From the IMG/VR virus record IMGVR_UViG_3300005856_000023, positions 65,011 to 129,010 of that record: a DNA stretch of 64,000 bases; one strand, 5' to 3'. How positions within the stretch are numbered: the stretch's first letter is position 1; each line of letters begins with the position of its first letter. Source of the stretch: a virus. This document shows positions 59,494 through 64,000 of the stretch, piece after piece. The position numbers and the translations under genes are program-made. The notes under the pieces are model-generated. The model had not been told where the DNA came from and searched no databases. It saw only the letters and a list, made by a program, of their open reading frames with translations.

Positions 59494-60936
59494 TTAAACT
59501 ATTTCATAATCCCAACCAAATAAATTGAAGAACTTCTTTCTACCATGAACCATAAATAATATAGCAGGATTAAGTTCAACTCCAACTGTGTATATTTTTG
59601 ATGTCCGTTTTTTAGGATTATATGTTATTGTTGCAACCTGATACATTGTATGTATCCTAACTGTGTATGGTTTTACAATCGTTATTGGATCTGAGAGTAA
59701 CTGATAAGTCATTATCTTTCTACGACCATTAACATAGAAGTAATAGTTGTCAATTAACTGAGGCAGTTCAACCTCTAATATATCTTCTTGACCTCCCGGT
59801 AGCTGTATGTGAAATCTAACTTTTGAGACTAATGTAACTCTGTTACTGTTAAATGGTTTAACATGATCAATGTCAACTTTCTTAATCTTTATACCTTGAT
59901 CTTCCATAATTCTAATCATTGCAGGTATTATGGTGCTATATTGTTCAATCCTATCATTTCTTATGATTTTCTCATCTTTCTGAGTTAAAAATCTAGAGAA
60001 TGTTGGTATATGCAATTCTTTTCTCTCGAATGTTATGCTGCTAACATCAGGTATATGTTTTCTCTCTAGTGAGATATTTAATGTATGTGAAGCAGATATA
60101 AACTTTTTGAATTGATATTCTGTTTTGTTAATCGGTTTATAGTTTGTAACATTTTGATCTGCTATTGAATATAATTTGTTTGTAGTAGTTGTTTGTTTAT
60201 CTGTCTCCTGGGGAGCAAACTTTCTAAGATATTTATCCAAAATTCCTACAATCAAATAAGGTTGTCTGCTAACATTTACTAGTTTAAGTATTTGCATTTT
60301 TACATCATTATCGTAGCCTCTACTTGTAACTATTGCTATGTATATCTCCGAAAACAAACTAAGCCAATTGCTTCCATAATAGAGAATTTTACCGATAACA
60401 TCATTTCTGATATTGTTTATGTTTAGTATATTTGCTGCGAACTGAGGATCAAATATCAATACTAAAATGTTATTAGTGTTTTGTTGCAAAACAAAATGAT
60501 TCTCAATTATTTTGGTTAATGTTCTGTTTAGTTGTATGTATCTGGATTGATAATAGTTATGTAAACTGCTAAATATTAGTGTTAAGTCTATGAAGTTAGC
60601 AACAGTCAAACTAAGTGTGTTATATGCTTTCTCTGGTTCTGACACATCATCATTACTTTGTGATAGCATAGGAATTTTTGTTCTCCAATTTAAAACTGTA
60701 ATACCCTGTTGTATTAAGGCTTTACGATATTCTATGTATGCATTCTGATTAGTTATAGTTAGCTTTGGAATAACAACTGTTGGTCTTAGCCTTGGTTTTA
60801 TGTAATTGTTTATAAGTGACTTTATTGTATTATAAGTGTTAAAGGTTAAATCAAGTAGAAATATCTTTTGATTGTTAGATCGGATATAGGGTATTCTTAC
60901 AATTCTTGGCTTTTGATTACTTTTGGTAGATGGCAT
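59494..60936 (-). CDS. rpoB: RNA polymerase beta N-terminal fragment with long N-terminal extension
   Basis: ELPQLIDNYYFYVNGRRKIMTYQL matches the beta motif PxxxxxGxFxxNGxxxxxxxQL. Confidence 0.72.
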   Translation of the reverse strand: MPSTKSNQKPRIVRIPYIRSNNQKIFLLDLTFNTYNTIKSLINNYIKPRLRPTVVIPKLTITNQNAYIEYRKALIQQGITVLNWRTKIPMLSQSNDDVSEPEKAYNTLSLTVANFIDLTLIFSSLHNYYQSRYIQLNRTLTKIIENHFVLQQNTNNILVLIFDPQFAANILNINNIRNDVIGKILYYGSNWLSLFSEIYIAIVTSRGYDNDVKMQILKLVNVSRQPYLIVGILDKYLRKFAPQETDKQTTTTNKLYSIADQNVTNYKPINKTEYQFKKFISASHTLNISLERKHIPDVSSITFERKELHIPTFSRFLTQKDEKIIRNDRIEQYSTIIPAMIRIMEDQGIKIKKVDIDHVKPFNSNRVTLVSKVRFHIQLPGGQEDILEVELPQLIDNYYFYVNGRRKIMTYQLLSDPITIVKPYTVRIHTMYQVATITYNPKKRTSKIYTVGVELNPAILFMVHGRKKFFNLFGWDYEIV

Positions 60937-61169
60937 TATACATTGTTGCTGCTTGTGCTCTTGAGATCTGTAGTGTATAAAGGTTGCCCTTTACTGTAGT
61001 CTACAATACCATCAACAATGTAAGTTGGTTTGTTGTATTTTTGCTTGATTTCCTCAATCAGGTGAGCATATTTGCTTCTGACTAATATACAATCATCAAT
61101 CAATAAACCAAAAACATCATAACTAATATCAGTCTTAATAAAATCTTTGAGTATATCGCCCAGTCTCAT
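60936..61169 (-). CDS. Small hypothetical protein
   Basis: 77-aa ORF. Confidence 0.55.
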   Translation of the reverse strand: MRLGDILKDFIKTDISYDVFGLLIDDCILVRSKYAHLIEEIKQKYNKPTYIVDGIVDYSKGQPLYTTDLKSTSSNNV

Positions 61170-61208
61170 TATAGAGTATTAGTGCTCATCTAAAAAAAGT
61201 AAAAAAAA

Positions 61209-62507
61209 TTATATTGAAGCAATTACCAATCTAGGTAATGTCTCTATTTTTTGTTTTACAAGTTGCTTGTATTTTTGTTCGTGCTCTTGATATTTTTGTT
61301 CATAATTTCTGTGTTCTCTGTTTTCATTAAATCTATCTCTCCTATCTCTGTTTTGTCTGTCATCCTGTTGTTGTTGCTTTTGTTCTTTTAATGCTTTGAC
61401 TGTAATCCAATATAGTAGAACATCTCTGTAAATATACGCTAGTGCTATAACAGCAGCAAATATCAATATTTTGCTGCTAGTTATTATATTGCTTATTGTG
61501 GTTGTTACAGTGGTGAAAGCATGTTTGACAGATTCGATGAAGAATATTATGAGATATCCTACAGTAGCAAGGCTAGTAATTGCTACTACAACTAAAGCTG
61601 CTATTGCTGCTACTGGATGTGGTTTGTTTCCTGTGTTTTGTTTTGGAACAGTTTCACTGTTATTTTGTTTGTTATCATCCTGTTTTGAAGTGGTTTCACT
61701 ATTATTTTGTTCGTTATTATCCTGTTTTGGAACAGTTTCACTATTATTTTGTTGGTTATCATCCTGCTTTGGAACAGTTTCACTATTATTTTGTTCGTTA
61801 TTATTCTGTTTTGTATTTTCCTCAGTTTGTTCAACTTTAATTAATTGATATGCAAAACTATCCAATGATATGTTTTCTTTAATTAACATTTGTTGATATT
61901 TTTTAAGTTCTTGACCGTTATACACTAATGCAAAGCTTAAAACAGTTATCAGTTCCATATCATTTAATTCCATCGGTACTTGTCTAAATTTCTCTATCTT
62001 TTGATAGATTAATGATCTTCCAAATAGGAATTTAAAACCTAATCTTGCAATTAGATTTTGTCCCATTATCATTTTGGTTGATATGATTCTTGCTACTTGT
62101 TTAGAACCATGAGTATAGATGAAGAATCTTAATATTGCTAGATGCAATGCTCCGTAGTCAACAAATTTTTGTTTGTGTTCTTCTTCCTTAACCGCATTCA
62201 TCAATTTACGACGCATTGAATCATAAAACTTATTTAAGTCTCCACATTGTTTTATTATATTAACTGGTTCTTTTAAAACTTGAGTATCAACTAAATATAA
62301 TTGACCACTACTATGTTGTATAATGACTTTTGTATCTCTGCTAACAAGATTTTCTAAGTCTCCAATTTTAAAACCTCTTTCCAGGTCAAGAGTTGAAAAT
62401 TCAGCTATTGCAAAATTTTCTGGTTTAGTCTTCCTTCCAAACTCTTCTACAATTTTATCAAGATATAAAGTATACAAAGCGTTTATATTTACAGTTACAG
62501 TTGACAT
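61209..62507 (-). CDS. Membrane-associated protein with two TM helices and N/Q-rich repeats
   Basis: TM pair follows a repeat linker; start at AGCT-N10-ATG (62507). Confidence 0.7.
   Translation of the reverse strand: MSTVTVNINALYTLYLDKIVEEFGRKTKPENFAIAEFSTLDLERGFKIGDLENLVSRDTKVIIQHSSGQLYLVDTQVLKEPVNIIKQCGDLNKFYDSMRRKLMNAVKEEEHKQKFVDYGALHLAILRFFIYTHGSKQVARIISTKMIMGQNLIARLGFKFLFGRSLIYQKIEKFRQVPMELNDMELITVLSFALVYNGQELKKYQQMLIKENISLDSFAYQLIKVEQTEENTKQNNNEQNNSETVPKQDDNQQNNSETVPKQDNNEQNNSETTSKQDDNKQNNSETVPKQNTGNKPHPVAAIAALVVVAITSLATVGYLIIFFIESVKHAFTTVTTTISNIITSSKILIFAAVIALAYIYRDVLLYWITVKALKEQKQQQQDDRQNRDRRDRFNENREHRNYEQKYQEHEQKYKQLVKQKIETLPRLVIASI
61635..61812. repeat. 42-bp tandem repeat, about 4 copies
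   Basis: Unit KQD(D/N)NxQNNSETVP. Confidence 0.85.
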
Positions 62508-62530
62508 TTTACTTTGTAGCTTGTTTGTCA

Positions 62531-63724
62531 ATGTTGTTACTACAAAATAAACAAAGCTTTATTGTTAGATATACTGCAAGCAATGTCAAACAGTATGCAT
62601 CGTATATTTTGAAAAGGTTGTTTGATAGAGATGTTGAATTTATGGATTTCGAGAATAATAAAACAAGACTTGATAGAATTATATTCCTATCTGGTCAACC
62701 ATCTATAATTGGTTCATACAGTGAATTGCTAGCCAGAGGTTTACCTAAACCATTTTGTGTTGTTTTTGATGAAAAAATAATGGATAGATATGAGCAACCG
62801 TTTTTAGGTCAGTTTCATGCTTCAGGTTTTGAACAACCTTTAATAAAATTATACCTTGCTGCTAGAAATGACTCATTAATAAACTTATCTGATAACAATA
62901 CAAATGTAGCAGGTTATACGAACTTTCAGGTTGAGATTGTAGCTCACATAACTAGATTACCCTATCAAATGGATTTGGCTTTGCATTATAGTACACAGGC
63001 TCAGATGATTGAAAGTCAAACAACCATAACAAATCTATTCACAGTTGGTAGATATCACCTAATCAAAATTCCTTACATAATATATCTACCTAGAGAATTA
63101 TTCATTGCTACAGAAAATAACAATTTACTTGGTAGCATTGATTTATACAATACACTCAGAGATAATACAGAAACAGTAAAGGTTTATCCTGTTTCTGGAC
63201 AAACTAATCAAGTTGGATTAGTTATGAATATGCATGCTTACGTTAGAATAGATACTGCATCATGGACACAGAACATAATTGTTGATAGTCAGGAACAAAC
63301 TTTTAGAAGTGATTGGTCTGTATATGTTGATATGCCCTACATTAAGTTTATTGATTTGATAACTTACATTCCAATTAGAGGTGTAATTGTTAAGGTATTT
63401 CTCAAGAATGATGTAACTGCAGAACCTTTATTGGTTCCTACTAGTATTAATGATTTGACATTGTTTCATATACAAGAGATTAATATTGATACATTCTATG
63501 CTAGAGATACATTCGTGATTGATATACCTACAGACATAAACTTAAGTGATACAAAAAAGATAGAAGTTATAAACTTTAGCAGTCAGATAACAGATTCAAG
63601 CACTAACTTTATAGGAGGTATGTTAATTAAGAAATTGGAATATACATTGGATAGTAATAATAGACGTATACAGGTTTTGAACGAAGTATATCCAGGTAAA
63701 GTTAGAGTTTATTACTGGCGTTAG
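62531..63724 (+). CDS. Probable virion structural protein
   Basis: Beta-rich 397-aa ORF; AGCT-N9-ATG. Confidence 0.55.
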   Translation: MLLLQNKQSFIVRYTASNVKQYASYILKRLFDRDVEFMDFENNKTRLDRIIFLSGQPSIIGSYSELLARGLPKPFCVVFDEKIMDRYEQPFLGQFHASGFEQPLIKLYLAARNDSLINLSDNNTNVAGYTNFQVEIVAHITRLPYQMDLALHYSTQAQMIESQTTITNLFTVGRYHLIKIPYIIYLPRELFIATENNNLLGSIDLYNTLRDNTETVKVYPVSGQTNQVGLVMNMHAYVRIDTASWTQNIIVDSQEQTFRSDWSVYVDMPYIKFIDLITYIPIRGVIVKVFLKNDVTAEPLLVPTSINDLTLFHIQEINIDTFYARDTFVIDIPTDINLSDTKKIEVINFSSQITDSSTNFIGGMLIKKLEYTLDSNNRRIQVLNEVYPGKVRVYYWR

Positions 63725-64000
63725 TTTCTCGCAAATGCATTTCTTTTTTTACAAACATAGGTCTCAATTTTTCTCTCAAATAATCCAAAGAAGTAAATGC
63801 CTTTTCAAAATCACCACAGACAATATGTGCAAAGCAGCGTAATTATATTCAGGCCAAGTATGTATACTGATATGTGATTCAACCAAAACTATTGTTTTTA
63901 CCATACATTGATCCTTTGAGATAAACTTTTACAATTACACTAAATTTTTTATTATGAAGCAAGCAGACAAAATACAAAAATTTATTCATGATTTTCGTCT

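Noticed and set aside
1-64000. Stop-codon reassignment as the cause of the fragmented RNAP and PolB genes
   Set aside because: Long genes are intact in the standard code, and TAA, TAG and TGA all end genes. The fragments are dispersed, each with its own start signal.
1-64000. tRNA/rRNA genes, and phage-nucleus (chimallin) or PhuZ tubulin genes
   Set aside because: No cloverleaf, rRNA-like sequence or tubulin signature was recognised. Chimallin cannot be excluded by eye, and these genes may lie outside the window.

Overview
This window is 64 kb of an AT-rich jumbo tailed-phage genome. It probably infects a thermophilic Gram-negative host, and Aquificota is my inference. Virion genes include terminase, a T4-type portal and prohead protease, and baseplate, tape-measure and tail-fibre candidates. 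A holin/spanin/transglycosylase lysis set is present. Replication and nucleotide genes include a split PolB fused to a uracil-DNA glycosylase, a clamp loader, ligase, NrdA, ThyX, dUTPase and HPRT. A 7-deazaguanine DNA-modification pathway is present (DpdA/TGT-like, QueC, QueE, a Gat amidotransferase). Fragments of two multisubunit RNA polymerases are present, as in phiKZ/AR9-like phages. Three signals stand out. (1) Core genes appear to be leaderless and monocistronic. They lack Shine-Dalgarno (SD) sites and carry one of two motifs at fixed spacing from the ATG: CTAAAHTT at -14 on replication-type genes, or AGCW-N8-10-ATG on virion-type genes. Four divergent gene pairs share one central palindromic AGCT, and genes end in hairpin-less T-tracts. 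(2) An apparently atypically split, Asp-terminated intein sits directly after the catalytic DxDGD position of one RNAP beta' subunit. (3) A higher-GC, SD-led island at 13.5-21.4 kb is built from repeated promoter/leader cassettes, duplications and gene debris. All calls come from reading motifs by eye and no database search was run. Many start codons were moved from the ORF track to the ATG supported by these motifs.
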